Assembly: GCA_964416905.1 (NCBI GenBank)
Contig: CAYQFL010000001.1
Location: forward strand, 39,520-92,646
Length of the DNA: 53,127 nt
Source of the DNA: an uncultured Methanosarcinales archaeon
GTDB taxonomy: Archaea > Nanobdellota > Nanobdellia > Woesearchaeales > JASKKU01
Direction of reading: 5' to 3'
Shown here: positions 9,611 through 19,987 of the stretch, one piece after another
Position numbering within the stretch: position 1 is the stretch's first letter
How the letters are laid out: every line of letters begins with the position of its first letter
Notes under the pieces: generated by a model
Told to the model about the DNA's origin: nothing
Databases searched by the model: none
The model's input: the letters and a program-made list of their open reading frames with translations, nothing else
Position numbers and translations under genes: made by a program

Positions 9611-10567
9611 ATGGTCCAAATTGTATTTCAGAATGCAGAATTTTTATGGTTCTTGATTATTTTAGTGTGGATCATAGTAACTCATTTATTTATTTCTATA
9701 AAAGTAAAACAGAAAGCATTCCTTTTTGCCAACTTCGAAGTCCTTAAAAAGGTTGTATTCGAAGATAAAACCGAACCAAAAACAAACAAAATCAATTTAT
9801 CTTTAGATATTCTATTTCTAAGATTATTGACACTTACTTTCTTAATATTGTCTCTATGTCATCCTGTTGTGTGGTATGAGGGGAATGTTGCAAACAGGAA
9901 TTATGTACTAGCCATAGACTCATCAAGTTCTATGCTAGCTGATGACTTAAATCCAAATAGATTTGAGGTTGCGAAAAGTCACAGCAAATTCTTGGTAAAC
10001 AGAATAAAATCATTAAATTCGAAAGTAGGTATAGTCTCATTTGCAGGTTCATCCTTAATTGTTTCTGAGTTATCTGATGATTATGAAAAATTATTATCAA
10101 AGATTGATTCTATGGACGTATTAAACATCCCGGGAACAGATTTAGGCGAAGCCATAATAACCTCAGTAAACATTCTTCAATCTGAAACAAAACCTGGAGC
10201 AGTCATTTTAATCACGGATGGAAGGTCAACAGTAGGAACAAACCTCGAACAGGCAGTTTATTATGCAAGGGAGCGTCAAATTCCTGTATACACAATAGGT
10301 GTAGGTACCAAAGAAGGCGGTAAATTCATACCTGCTGGGTTCACAAAGCTCGACGAAGATCAATTGAAACAGATTGCTGAACAAACCGATGGAAAGTTTT
10401 TCAGAGCTGAAACAAAAGAAGATTTAGGAGAAAGTCTAAAAGAGATTGTTGAAATTGAAAAAGGTAAAGTTCCTTTAGATTTATCGATACCATTTATGCT
10501 TATAGGCTTAATCTTACTAAGCATCGAATGGGGAGTTCTAAACACAAAACGTAGGACCTTGCCATAA
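9611..10567 (+). CDS. BatA-like membrane vWA domain protein
   Basis: N-terminal BatA-like TM (FQNAEFLWFL), MIDAS LAIDSSSSM, NRFEVAK, GTDLGEAI, LITDG, YTIGVG, C-terminal TM. Confidence 0.9.
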   Translation: MVQIVFQNAEFLWFLIILVWIIVTHLFISIKVKQKAFLFANFEVLKKVVFEDKTEPKTNKINLSLDILFLRLLTLTFLILSLCHPVVWYEGNVANRNYVLAIDSSSSMLADDLNPNRFEVAKSHSKFLVNRIKSLNSKVGIVSFAGSSLIVSELSDDYEKLLSKIDSMDVLNIPGTDLGEAIITSVNILQSETKPGAVILITDGRSTVGTNLEQAVYYARERQIPVYTIGVGTKEGGKFIPAGFTKLDEDQLKQIAEQTDGKFFRAETKEDLGESLKEIVEIEKGKVPLDLSIPFMLIGLILLSIEWGVLNTKRRTLP

Positions 10568-10629
10568 GTATAAAAATAAACAAAAAGATTTATAAATCAG
10601 TCGTGTCCTCTGAAAAAATATAAACTTAA

Positions 10630-10703
10630 GGGGCGGTAGCTCAGCCTGGGAGAGCACATGGCTGAAGACCATGGTGTCCGGGGTTCAAATCCCCGCTGCC
10701 CCA
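10630..10703 (+). tRNA. tRNA-Phe(GAA)
   Basis: GGGGCGG/CTGCCCC acceptor stem, CATGG-CTGAAGA-CCATG anticodon arm, GGTTCAAATCC T arm. No encoded CCA. Confidence 0.97.
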
Positions 10704-10726
10704 TGTTTTTCTAAGAATTTTAACAA

Positions 10727-12928
10727 TTACTCATTAGAAATCTGTTCTATATAATTACATTTTGGATATTTTGAACAGCCAAAGAAATAACCATGAGGTC
10801 CCTTCCTCAAAACTAATTCAGAACCACATTTTGGACATTTCTTTTGCTTGGCTTTCTCTCTTAAAAGCTTCTCTTCATTTTCAGACTTGATTTTGCTTGG
10901 ACAGTTGGGATTAATACATGAAAGTCTAGCTTTCTTTCTACCATACCTAAGTTTAACCAAAGGATAACCGCAGGCTTCACAAACCTTATCACTGGGTTTA
11001 ATTGTTGCATTCTTAGGAATGCTTAACGTGAACTTACAATTAGGGTAATTGCTACAAGCTAAAAATTTACCAAACTTGCCATCTCTCAAAACCAAAGTTC
11101 CATCTTCACAAGAAGGACATTTGCCAAAAGAGTTAGCTTTCCTATTTGTCTCAAACAAAGATTCTTTTAATTCTGTACCAATAACTTTTTCCTTCCCTTT
11201 AAAATCGTCAAGTATTTGTTCCAGAACAGTTTTTGATTCTTCAACAAGTTCATCTGCATCTTTTTTTCTCTCTCGAATCAATTCCATTTGCTCTTCTAAA
11301 TGACTAGTTAGCTTAACATCGACAATCTTAGGAGAATATTTCTCTAAGACCTTAACAGTAGCTATGCCAAAATCCGTTGCCACAATAGGATCATCCACAA
11401 TATAACCCCTTTGGTAAAGCGTATCAATTATCTGAGCCCTGGTTGCTTTCGTTCCCAAATTATGCTTTTCCATTTCTTTAATTAAAGAAGATTGGGTAAA
11501 CCTCTTAGGTGGTTTAGTTTCTTTCTCCTCAATTTCAACTTTTTTATTATGGAATACATCTCCTTTCTTAACATCAATAAAAGGAGATTCCTCCAAACGT
11601 AAAAATTTCTCATAGACTTTAAACCATCCCTTTTCTTTAGTATGCGTCGCACTAAAAGTAAACTGCTCGCCTTCAATATCAACAACCAATGATAAAGTTT
11701 CTCTTACAGCTGGTTCAGAAAAGGTTGCTAAAAACCTTCTAACAATCAAATCATAAAGTTTCATTAACTCTGGACTTAAATTCTTAGGGATAACCCCTGT
11801 AGGGTATATTGCTGGGTGAGCAGGGTCATCTTTCTTTCCATTACGAGGCCTTAAATTTTTCTGGCTTAAAAGCTTGCAAAACTCAGAGTAATCATTTATA
11901 GAAGACAAGTTCTTAATAATGGCTTTAAAGTTAATTGATGGTGGCAGTTTTTGAGAACTGGTTCTTGGATATGAAATATATGAGGAAAGGTAAAGCTGTT
12001 GCGCTAATTCCAATGTTTTCTTAGGGCTAAATCTATAAGCTGCATAAGCTTCAGTCTGCAATGTTGTCAAATCAAACGGTGTTGGTGGCAAAACCTTTTT
12101 GGTTTTAACATCAACTTCAGAAACAATACCATCTTTGTTCAGAATTTTGTTGTATATCTGTTCTACCTGTTGTTTATCATCAAATCTTTTGTTAACATGT
12201 TGAACTTTTATTTCTGTATTGGATAGCTCACCCAAAACGTATAACTCCCAATATTTCTGCGGTTTGAAGTTTTTGATTTGCTCTTCTCTATCAACAACAA
12301 GTTTCAAGGTTGGACCCTGAACTCGGCCTATGCTCATTACCTTAAAATAACCTGCCTTCCTAATAGAACTCATCAAAGCCCTTGACAGATTTATACCATA
12401 AAACCAATCAATTTTATGCCTAGCTAAACCAGCTAAAGCCTGACCCCAATCTAAAGAAGACATTGCGTTTTCAAAAGAAGACACAATTTCTTGCTTAGTT
12501 AAAGTAGAGAACTTCATTCGTTTTGCATCTTTTTGACCGCAAGCAAACCTAAGGATATTGTAACCAATTACCTCTCCTTCTACATCATAATCGCAAGCTA
12601 CAACAAAATCTGAAGCAGATTTAGCTAATTTCTTTATAACATTCAAAAACTGTTTCGTATGCTTCATCTGTTTGTTTATTTCGTAAAGCGGGAACCATTT
12701 AATATCAAACACAGGATAAGTCGTAGTTTTTTTAACCTCTGCCAACGAATACAAATGTCCAGCTGCTGCCACTACAATAATATTCTGTCCATTATGATTT
12801 AGCTTGTAATAAGAAACCTTACCTTCCTTAACAGTTTCAACCTTACCAGAAGACAGAAATGTTGCAATTTTCCTAGCGGCACTAGGTTTCTCTGCAATAA
12901 TCAAAGTGTAACTCATTATGAAAACCAT
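10727..12928 (-). CDS. topA: DNA topoisomerase IA with C-terminal Zn ribbons
   Basis: TOPRIM IIAEKPSAA, DYDVEGE, SIGRVQGPTL, catalytic YISYPRT, GTKATRA, three Cys4 zinc ribbons. Confidence 0.96.
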   Translation of the reverse strand: MVFIMSYTLIIAEKPSAARKIATFLSSGKVETVKEGKVSYYKLNHNGQNIIVVAAAGHLYSLAEVKKTTTYPVFDIKWFPLYEINKQMKHTKQFLNVIKKLAKSASDFVVACDYDVEGEVIGYNILRFACGQKDAKRMKFSTLTKQEIVSSFENAMSSLDWGQALAGLARHKIDWFYGINLSRALMSSIRKAGYFKVMSIGRVQGPTLKLVVDREEQIKNFKPQKYWELYVLGELSNTEIKVQHVNKRFDDKQQVEQIYNKILNKDGIVSEVDVKTKKVLPPTPFDLTTLQTEAYAAYRFSPKKTLELAQQLYLSSYISYPRTSSQKLPPSINFKAIIKNLSSINDYSEFCKLLSQKNLRPRNGKKDDPAHPAIYPTGVIPKNLSPELMKLYDLIVRRFLATFSEPAVRETLSLVVDIEGEQFTFSATHTKEKGWFKVYEKFLRLEESPFIDVKKGDVFHNKKVEIEEKETKPPKRFTQSSLIKEMEKHNLGTKATRAQIIDTLYQRGYIVDDPIVATDFGIATVKVLEKYSPKIVDVKLTSHLEEQMELIRERKKDADELVEESKTVLEQILDDFKGKEKVIGTELKESLFETNRKANSFGKCPSCEDGTLVLRDGKFGKFLACSNYPNCKFTLSIPKNATIKPSDKVCEACGYPLVKLRYGRKKARLSCINPNCPSKIKSENEEKLLREKAKQKKCPKCGSELVLRKGPHGYFFGCSKYPKCNYIEQISNE

Positions 12929-13095
12929 ATCTTAATGCGTTCTTTAAAAAGTTTTTTTATTATTTTTAAAATTTCTCCAATATCTTAAAGCAATCACTCA
13001 CCTTAAAGAATTAAAAAGAATTAAAAATAAAAAGGCTAATATTAAGAATAAAGTTTAAAACATCAACGCAAAGTAAATTTTTTTGGACAGATAAA

Positions 13096-15120
13096 ATGGC
13101 AAATTCAGAATCTGAATTAAAAAAATCTCTTAATTTACCTATTTTAATTATTCTCGCTATAACCTCAGTTGTTGGTTCAGGCATATTCTTTGTTCCAGCA
13201 ATTAGCGTTCAAATGAGCGGTGGAAGCGCTATTCTTGCTTGGACAATCCTTGCCATATTAAGTTTAATCATCATCTTATACTTTGCAGAATTAGCTAGCA
13301 TGTTCCCTTCTTTAGGTGGAGTTTACGAATTTGCTAAACAAGCATACAACAAATTCGCTGGCTTTTTAGTCGGTTGGACCGAATGGATCATTGGAAATTT
13401 GACAACGGCAATGCTTGTAGTTTCAGCGTTACAATTCATAATTCAACAGCAAACTGTTGTGATTTTAGGTTTGTCTTTAAGTAGTCAGCTTTTCAAAATC
13501 ATCTTGGGGATAACAATTATTGCAATCTTTAATTATGTAGCGTTTAGAGGTATTGAATTCAGTTCTAAATTTGTCATGACTTTCGGCATAATTCAGATGA
13601 TTCTGATTTTAGTGGTAATCTTCTTGGCATTCTTCTCAGGAAACTTTTCATTAAATAATTTCGAACCTTTCTTTTTATCTCAAGATACTCCACTAAATTT
13701 TACCAACTTGTTCATAACCTTAATCTTTATCTCTGATATTTTCTTGGGTATGGAAGGAATTTTCTCACTGTCTGAAGAAACAAAGAATCCTTCAAAAGTT
13801 GTACCAAAAGCAGTCATTATAGCTCAAATAATTCTTTCTCTTATATCCATAACCTCCTTAATTGCGATCATTGGGTTCTTTGGGGTTGAAAACTTAGTAA
13901 ACAACACTCTTGAATCTTCAACGAATCCAGGATGGGTTTACTTAAATATTGGTTATAGATTCTTCGGCGAAAACGGCGCTACTTTGTTTTCAGTTTTGAT
14001 TTTCCTTAGCATTATTGGTTCTGCTGCAGATTGGATAATAAGTGCACCAAGGTTGTTAATGGCAATGGCTAGAGATAAATTGTTCATTCCCCAATTAAAC
14101 AAAGTCCACAAAAAACATAAAACACCGTACAGAGCAATAATCTTTCAAACCATTATCATGAGCTTATTCACAGTCATTGGCTTAACAAAATCCGGTTATC
14201 AAACTCTAGTTCAGATTCTCATGCCATTAAGTTTTATGATAGTCATCTCAATGCTTTTTGCGGTAACCTATTTAAGATTTAGAAAACCACACATAGAAAG
14301 ACCTTTCAAAGCTCCGCTTGCTAAAGCTGGTCCAATCATCACAGCATTTATTCTTCTAATAATCCTAAGTGTCTGGATAAGATTTCAACCAAATGCAACA
14401 ACATTATTCGGAGTAGCTGCTTCTTTCGTGTTAATAGGATTCCCATTCTATTTATTAATGCAGTTTTATACTAATGAAAACATTAAGACGGCTTTTAATG
14501 AACATCTAACCAGAGCATACATACTCTTAGAATCAATAAATTTGCCAAAAAGACTGCGCAAAGAGATTTTAACATTAATGGGGGATTTAAGGAACAAAAC
14601 AGTAGTCGAATATGGTTGCGGCGTGGGCACGCTTACAAAAGAATTAGTCAAAGAAAGTAAAAATTCAACCAAGATTATAGCTGTTGATCAATCCATAAAG
14701 AACCTGAATATTGTTAAAAAGAGGATTAACAAAATCACAAACAAGAAGGGAATAGTAGTTAAACAGTTTCAAACACTGCTGGATCCTAAGCTTGAATTAA
14801 AATTTGATTCAAAAGCAGATATCTTAATTTTTAATGCCGTCCTCGATTCTATTCCTGACTTAGATAGCTTTCTTGTAAAAGTACGACAAAAACTCGCAAG
14901 TTCTGGACAGATTTATTTCATAGAGTTTTGCGACCTTTTCGGATTTTTACCAAATCCCCCTTATTTAGTTGACGAAAAAGAACTTGAAAACAAGTTTAAG
15001 AAACACGGTTTTGCTGTTAGGTTAATGAAAAGGCCTGGTCTTTTATGGAACTATCTCATAATCTATGGGTTTAAAGTAGACATCGAAAACACAGACAATA
15101 CAACTATCAGCGTAATCTAA
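13096..15120 (+). CDS. APC-family amino acid permease fused to a C-terminal class I SAM-dependent methyltransferase domain
   Basis: TM1 VVGSGIFF, GGVYEFA, EETKNPSK, about 12 TMs; then VVEYGCGVG (aa 505-511), IIAVDQS, DILIFNAVL, GQIYFIEF. Confidence 0.85.
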   Translation: MANSESELKKSLNLPILIILAITSVVGSGIFFVPAISVQMSGGSAILAWTILAILSLIIILYFAELASMFPSLGGVYEFAKQAYNKFAGFLVGWTEWIIGNLTTAMLVVSALQFIIQQQTVVILGLSLSSQLFKIILGITIIAIFNYVAFRGIEFSSKFVMTFGIIQMILILVVIFLAFFSGNFSLNNFEPFFLSQDTPLNFTNLFITLIFISDIFLGMEGIFSLSEETKNPSKVVPKAVIIAQIILSLISITSLIAIIGFFGVENLVNNTLESSTNPGWVYLNIGYRFFGENGATLFSVLIFLSIIGSAADWIISAPRLLMAMARDKLFIPQLNKVHKKHKTPYRAIIFQTIIMSLFTVIGLTKSGYQTLVQILMPLSFMIVISMLFAVTYLRFRKPHIERPFKAPLAKAGPIITAFILLIILSVWIRFQPNATTLFGVAASFVLIGFPFYLLMQFYTNENIKTAFNEHLTRAYILLESINLPKRLRKEILTLMGDLRNKTVVEYGCGVGTLTKELVKESKNSTKIIAVDQSIKNLNIVKKRINKITNKKGIVVKQFQTLLDPKLELKFDSKADILIFNAVLDSIPDLDSFLVKVRQKLASSGQIYFIEFCDLFGFLPNPPYLVDEKELENKFKKHGFAVRLMKRPGLLWNYLIIYGFKVDIENTDNTTISVI

Positions 15121-15173
15121 AATTCTTTTGTATTGAAAAAAGCTAAGAAGAATAAAAAACTGAATAAAAAAGT

Positions 15174-15776
15174 TTATCGAGAAGCATCAGCTTGCTTTTC
15201 TAACTCTACTTTCTTAGAGATTGCGAAAGAACTTTGATCTAATCTATATGCTGCTAAGAGCTCTTCAGCCAAACATTCTGCAAGGGTCTTCTTGGACTTA
15301 AAGCTCCTATTGTAAGTTCCAATGACAAAGTTCCTTAAAGCCAGATCAACCCTTCTCTGAGGAGCGCATTCAACAGCTTTAGGATACCTTGCTCCACCGT
15401 ATTCAATTGAAACAATCTCTTCTCTTGGAGCAGCGTTTTCAACTGCCTTAACAAGAACCTTTATAGGGTTCTCATTAGTTTTTTGCTCAAGGATCTCTAA
15501 AGCTTTATACACTGCATAATAAGCATTAGAGGTTTTACCTACAGCATGACCTGAGGTTAACTTATGTTTCTTACCTCTGTGTCCTGGAACAAAAAGCTTG
15601 TTGATTAATCTCTCAACGATGGATATTCTCGACTTATAGAATCTCCATCCCGCATATCTAGCTCCGGTCTTTGGAACAAATCTTGGAGTAAGAGTAATAT
15701 AACCTTTTAATCCAGGATCCTCAACCTCAATACCTTCAATACCCCATCTATTAAAAAACTTCACATCTGATGACAT
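15174..15776 (-). CDS. rps7: 30S ribosomal protein S7 (uS7)
   Basis: ISIVERLINKL, NPIKVLVKAVENAAPREE, APQRRVDLALR, KKVELEKQADASR. Confidence 0.97.
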   Translation of the reverse strand: MSSDVKFFNRWGIEGIEVEDPGLKGYITLTPRFVPKTGARYAGWRFYKSRISIVERLINKLFVPGHRGKKHKLTSGHAVGKTSNAYYAVYKALEILEQKTNENPIKVLVKAVENAAPREEIVSIEYGGARYPKAVECAPQRRVDLALRNFVIGTYNRSFKSKKTLAECLAEELLAAYRLDQSSFAISKKVELEKQADASR

Positions 15777-15881
15777 TTTCTGATTTGAACGGGTAAAAGC
15801 CAGATTTTTAAATTTTTTCTTTTTATTTCACCCAAAACTAACCCAAAATTTAATAAACTAAAAAAGGGTTCTGAGGAAAGT

Positions 15882-17183
15882 ATGAAAGAATTAAATGGTC
15901 CAAAAGGTACCCGGGATTTCCTACCTGGAGAGATGGAAGTAAGAAAAAAAGTAATCAGAATAATTGAAGAAACCTTCGAAAAAGCGAACTTCAAGAAATG
16001 GGAAGGGCCTGCAATAGAACATTTAGAGATATTAACCAAGAAAAGCGGTCCTGAAATTGAGAAAGAGATCTACAGCTTTGAAGATAAAGGCGGAAGAAAA
16101 CTTGGTTTAAGGTTTGAATTAACCTGTCAATTAGCTAGGATAATTGCTGCGCATCCTGAGTTAAAAAAGCCTGTAAAAGCCTATTCTTTTGGCAAAGTCT
16201 GGAGATATGAGAATCCTCAACAGGGCAGATACAGAGAATTCATGCAAATGGATATTGATATCTTTGGTTCTGAAAGCATGATGTGCGAAGTTGAGTTACT
16301 ATCAATAGCAAGCTCAGCGTTAACAAAATTGGGATTAAAAGATTTCACAATTTTCCTTAACAACCGTAAAATTCTCCAAGGCAGTTTGGAAGAGATAGGC
16401 ATCCAAAAGGAAGATATTCCAGCAGTTATACGAATTTTGGATAAGCTTAACAAGATTGGTGAAACTGGAGTCAAAAAAGAGTTTGCTGAAAACGGTTTTT
16501 CTGAGGACATCTTTGAAAAAATAAAAAGCATTCTTCCCATAGATGAACAGGACAATTTAAAAAAATTAGAATTGCTTGAAAAAACCGCAAAGAACAATCT
16601 TGTACTTGAAGGAGTTAATGAATTAAAAGAGATTCTTGACTTATCCAAAGAATTAGAGTTTTATAACAAAATAATTGTTGATTTAACTTTAGCGAGGGGG
16701 CTTGATTATTATACAGGTCCAATCTTCGAGATAAAATTAAACAACTTTAAAGAAATGGGTTCAATTAACGGGGGCGGCCGTTACGATTCTCTTATTGAAC
16801 TATTTTCAGGCCAAAGAACTCCTGCTGTAGGAATATCTTTTGGCATTGAAAGAATCATTGATATCATTAACAACTCTGAAGAATTAAAAAAGAATATTGT
16901 TGGTAAAGAACAAAAAGTTCTAGTATGCTACTTTAACGAATCTCAGATAAAAGATTGTCTAAAAGTTGTTAATGTTCTTAGAAAAAGAGGCATTACAACG
17001 GATATTGATTTAATGAAACGAAGTTTAAAGAAACAATTGAAGCTTGCTAACGACCAGGGATTCTCAAAAGTAGTCTTCTTAGAAGAAAACGGGAAAGTTA
17101 GTATTAAGGATTTATCTTCAGGCGAGCAGGTTAGCTTAGACCTTGATGAAGCTATAAAATCCTTAAAAGAACAAGAAGATTAA
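15882..17183 (+). CDS. hisS: Histidyl-tRNA synthetase
   Basis: PKGTRDFLP, LRFELT, RYENPQQGRYREFMQMDID, RGLDYYTG, GGGRYD, GISFGIERI. Confidence 0.97.
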   Translation: MKELNGPKGTRDFLPGEMEVRKKVIRIIEETFEKANFKKWEGPAIEHLEILTKKSGPEIEKEIYSFEDKGGRKLGLRFELTCQLARIIAAHPELKKPVKAYSFGKVWRYENPQQGRYREFMQMDIDIFGSESMMCEVELLSIASSALTKLGLKDFTIFLNNRKILQGSLEEIGIQKEDIPAVIRILDKLNKIGETGVKKEFAENGFSEDIFEKIKSILPIDEQDNLKKLELLEKTAKNNLVLEGVNELKEILDLSKELEFYNKIIVDLTLARGLDYYTGPIFEIKLNNFKEMGSINGGGRYDSLIELFSGQRTPAVGISFGIERIIDIINNSEELKKNIVGKEQKVLVCYFNESQIKDCLKVVNVLRKRGITTDIDLMKRSLKKQLKLANDQGFSKVVFLEENGKVSIKDLSSGEQVSLDLDEAIKSLKEQED

Positions 17184-17187
17184 ACAT

Positions 17188-18300
17188 CTACAAATCTTTA
17201 TTTCTTTGTTTTTTGTATTCCTCTATAATCTTAAAGACATTAGCATTCTCTTTAGTTTTCTTTTGAACTGCATCCTCTAAATCTTTAAGAGATAGTATTG
17301 CAAAAGTTTCAGTCTCATAATAGATTTTATCAATATAAATCAATGAATTTAATTTCCTGTTTTTTGTAAGGATGTAAACACCTTTCTCGTTTAAGGTTTG
17401 AATCAGTTTATCATTGCCCAAAAAATGGTTAATCAAAACGTACTTTCCTTTAATTTGGTTTTCATCTTTTAACGAATCCAGCTTGGGAACAACTATGAAA
17501 ACTCCTGAAGACAACAAATCAATTAGCTTTGAAAATTCTTTTTCCAAAGATTCTTTTTGCTCAGATAAAAACCTTATTGCTTGTTCTTTATCGTTTATAA
17601 TTTTCAACAGATCAGAATGCTTCTTCTCAACAATCTCATAAACTTTGTTTTTCTGATTTGCAAGCAAGGATTTTATTTCAGAATTCCTTTTTCTAAGTTT
17701 AGATTTAAGCTCAAACGTTTCAAATTTTAACAATCTTATCTGACTTTTAAGCTCAGTTATGCGATGACTTAATCTTTGAATCTCATCCTTGGTTCTTATT
17801 CTGATAGGTTTGTTTTCAAACTTTTTAACAGCTGTTTTCTTAGTTAAAGAATCTAAAACAGAAGCCAAGTTTTGTTCTTTGTTGATAACAGAAAACAAAA
17901 CTTTATCAAAATGTTCTTTTGGCGAATTCCTGATTACTTTATCAATTGTAGACTTTAATGCTTTGTAAGCAAAGAACGCAGCTGTTAAAGCATCCCTTTC
18001 ATGAGAATTTTTACAGATATTATCATAAAGCTTATTAACCTCATTCTTCTCAGTTAACAACAAATCATAACCTGGCGTAATAACCTTTAAACCAAGTCTA
18101 GAACTCAAGTTCTGGACATAAGTTGGAACTTTTAACTTATCAGTTGCCAACACAAGAGGTCTGCCAAACTCAAATATTTTGTCAATAACCTTCTTCAAAT
18201 CATGTTCTCTAAAACTATCTAAGTAAACAATTTCAGAATTCAAATCTAATATGGCTAAACCCAAAGTTGTTCCCGGGTCTAAACCAACAATGGTTAACAT
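17188..18300 (-). CDS. DUF460/COG2433 family protein (RNase H-like N-terminus plus coiled coil)
   Basis: IVGLDPGTTLGLAILDL, NSHERDALTAA, long coiled coil. Confidence 0.85.
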   Translation of the reverse strand: MLTIVGLDPGTTLGLAILDLNSEIVYLDSFREHDLKKVIDKIFEFGRPLVLATDKLKVPTYVQNLSSRLGLKVITPGYDLLLTEKNEVNKLYDNICKNSHERDALTAAFFAYKALKSTIDKVIRNSPKEHFDKVLFSVINKEQNLASVLDSLTKKTAVKKFENKPIRIRTKDEIQRLSHRITELKSQIRLLKFETFELKSKLRKRNSEIKSLLANQKNKVYEIVEKKHSDLLKIINDKEQAIRFLSEQKESLEKEFSKLIDLLSSGVFIVVPKLDSLKDENQIKGKYVLINHFLGNDKLIQTLNEKGVYILTKNRKLNSLIYIDKIYYETETFAILSLKDLEDAVQKKTKENANVFKIIEEYKKQRNKDL

Positions 18301-18312
18301 TGTAAAAAAGAA

Positions 18313-19923
18313 TTAATTTCTTTTGGCAGATTCGTTCTGCTCATCATCTTTGTTTAATCTCTTGCCTGCTGAAATAACATCATCAACTCTCAAAATCATG
18401 TTTGCGACTTCTGAAGCTGAATTGAATGCTTGAACCTTAATCTTTAAAGGTTCTAAGATTCCTGCTTCAAAACAATCAATAGCTTTTCCCGAATTAACAT
18501 CAAACCCATACCAAATCTTCCCTTTTTTGTGAACAGCTCTAAGCTCAGCAAGCTTATCAATAGAATCAAAACCCGAGTTTTCTGCAAGAGTTTTTGGAAC
18601 GATTTCCACAGCATTTGCAAAAGATTCTATGACTATCTGCTCCTTCCCTTTGAATTTAGAAGCAAACTCTTTTAGTCTTAAAGCTAATTCAATCTCGCAA
18701 GCACCAGCTCCGGCTACAACCTTACCACTTTTTATGACTGAAATGCAATCACCAACAGCGTCCTCTAAAGCTCGTTTAACCTCTTCAACAACCTGTTCTG
18801 TTGCTCCTCGCACTAAAATTGTGACAGCTTTAGGATTCTTGCATCCCTCAACAAAGATCATATTTTCGTCTCCAACTTTTTGTTCATAAACAACATCAGC
18901 GAACCCTAAGCTATCGCTATCAAGCTGCATAAGATTGTTTATAATAGGAGCATTAGTTGCCTTAGCTAAAAGTTCTAAATCGGTACGTTTTACTCTCCTA
19001 ACTGCAAGAATACCTTTCTTTGCTAACAAGAACTGAGCAATCTCATCTATACCTTTTTGGCAAAAGACTACATTTGCACCACTATCTACGATTTTCTGGA
19101 CCATATCACTTAAGATTTGTTCTTCCATACTTAAGAACTCTTGAATCTTTTCAGGTTCACTTATTTGAATCTTGGCATCGATATCCAAATCCCTAATTTC
19201 AAGAGGAGTATCTAAAAGCGCGATTTTTGCATTCTCGATTCTTTCAGGCATATCTGGATGAACTCTCTCCTTATCAATAACAATGCCAAAAACAGTTTTA
19301 GTATCAAGTATTGAATCGCCTTCTTTAGCAATTAATTTAACATTTTCTCGTTTTAACTCAGATGAATTAGATAAAAGTCTGACTGCTTTTACAACTTCCT
19401 TAGCTAAATATTCTTTAGCTAACTCAGCGCTCTTTCCAGTCATTGCTGTAACTGCGATTTTTGTAAGAAGTTTATCATCACTAACATCAACACCTTTAGA
19501 TATTTCGTTTAAATAAATTAAAGCCTGTTCCGTAGCTAACCTGTAACCATGTATTATTGCACTTGGATGAACATTCTGATCAATCAAGTCTAAAGCCTGT
19601 TTCAACAATTCTCCTGCAAAAATTACTGCTGTAGTGGTACCATCACCGATTTCTTCTTCTTGAGTTTTAGCAATATCAGCGATTATCTTCGCGGCAGGAT
19701 GTTCAATCTCCATTTCTTTAAGGATAGTAACTCCGTCGTTGGTGACAGTAATATTGCCTATAGAATCAACTAGCATCTTATCCATACCTTTAGGGCCAAG
19801 TGTTGTTCTTATAGTCTCAGCAACCTCGATTGCTGCAGCAATGTTATTACGTAAAGCATTTCTTCCACTCATCCTCTGATAACCTTCAGGCAAGATAAAA
19901 ATAGGTTGAAAAGGGTTTTCCAT
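18313..19923 (-). CDS. ths: Thermosome (group II chaperonin) subunit
   Basis: [45 protein letters not shown] precedes ATG at 19923. Confidence 0.97.
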   Translation of the reverse strand: MENPFQPIFILPEGYQRMSGRNALRNNIAAAIEVAETIRTTLGPKGMDKMLVDSIGNITVTNDGVTILKEMEIEHPAAKIIADIAKTQEEEIGDGTTTAVIFAGELLKQALDLIDQNVHPSAIIHGYRLATEQALIYLNEISKGVDVSDDKLLTKIAVTAMTGKSAELAKEYLAKEVVKAVRLLSNSSELKRENVKLIAKEGDSILDTKTVFGIVIDKERVHPDMPERIENAKIALLDTPLEIRDLDIDAKIQISEPEKIQEFLSMEEQILSDMVQKIVDSGANVVFCQKGIDEIAQFLLAKKGILAVRRVKRTDLELLAKATNAPIINNLMQLDSDSLGFADVVYEQKVGDENMIFVEGCKNPKAVTILVRGATEQVVEEVKRALEDAVGDCISVIKSGKVVAGAGACEIELALRLKEFASKFKGKEQIVIESFANAVEIVPKTLAENSGFDSIDKLAELRAVHKKGKIWYGFDVNSGKAIDCFEAGILEPLKIKVQAFNSASEVANMILRVDDVISAGKRLNKDDEQNESAKRN

Positions 19924-19987
19924 AAACAATCACCTAAAATGTGAAAGATTGCTTAATTTAAGTTATTTGTGTTTTAGAAAAAAGTAG

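Noticed and set aside
13003-13030. AAAGAATTAA tandem duplication in the topA-permease gap
   Set aside because: Two copies of low-complexity AT sequence, expected by chance.
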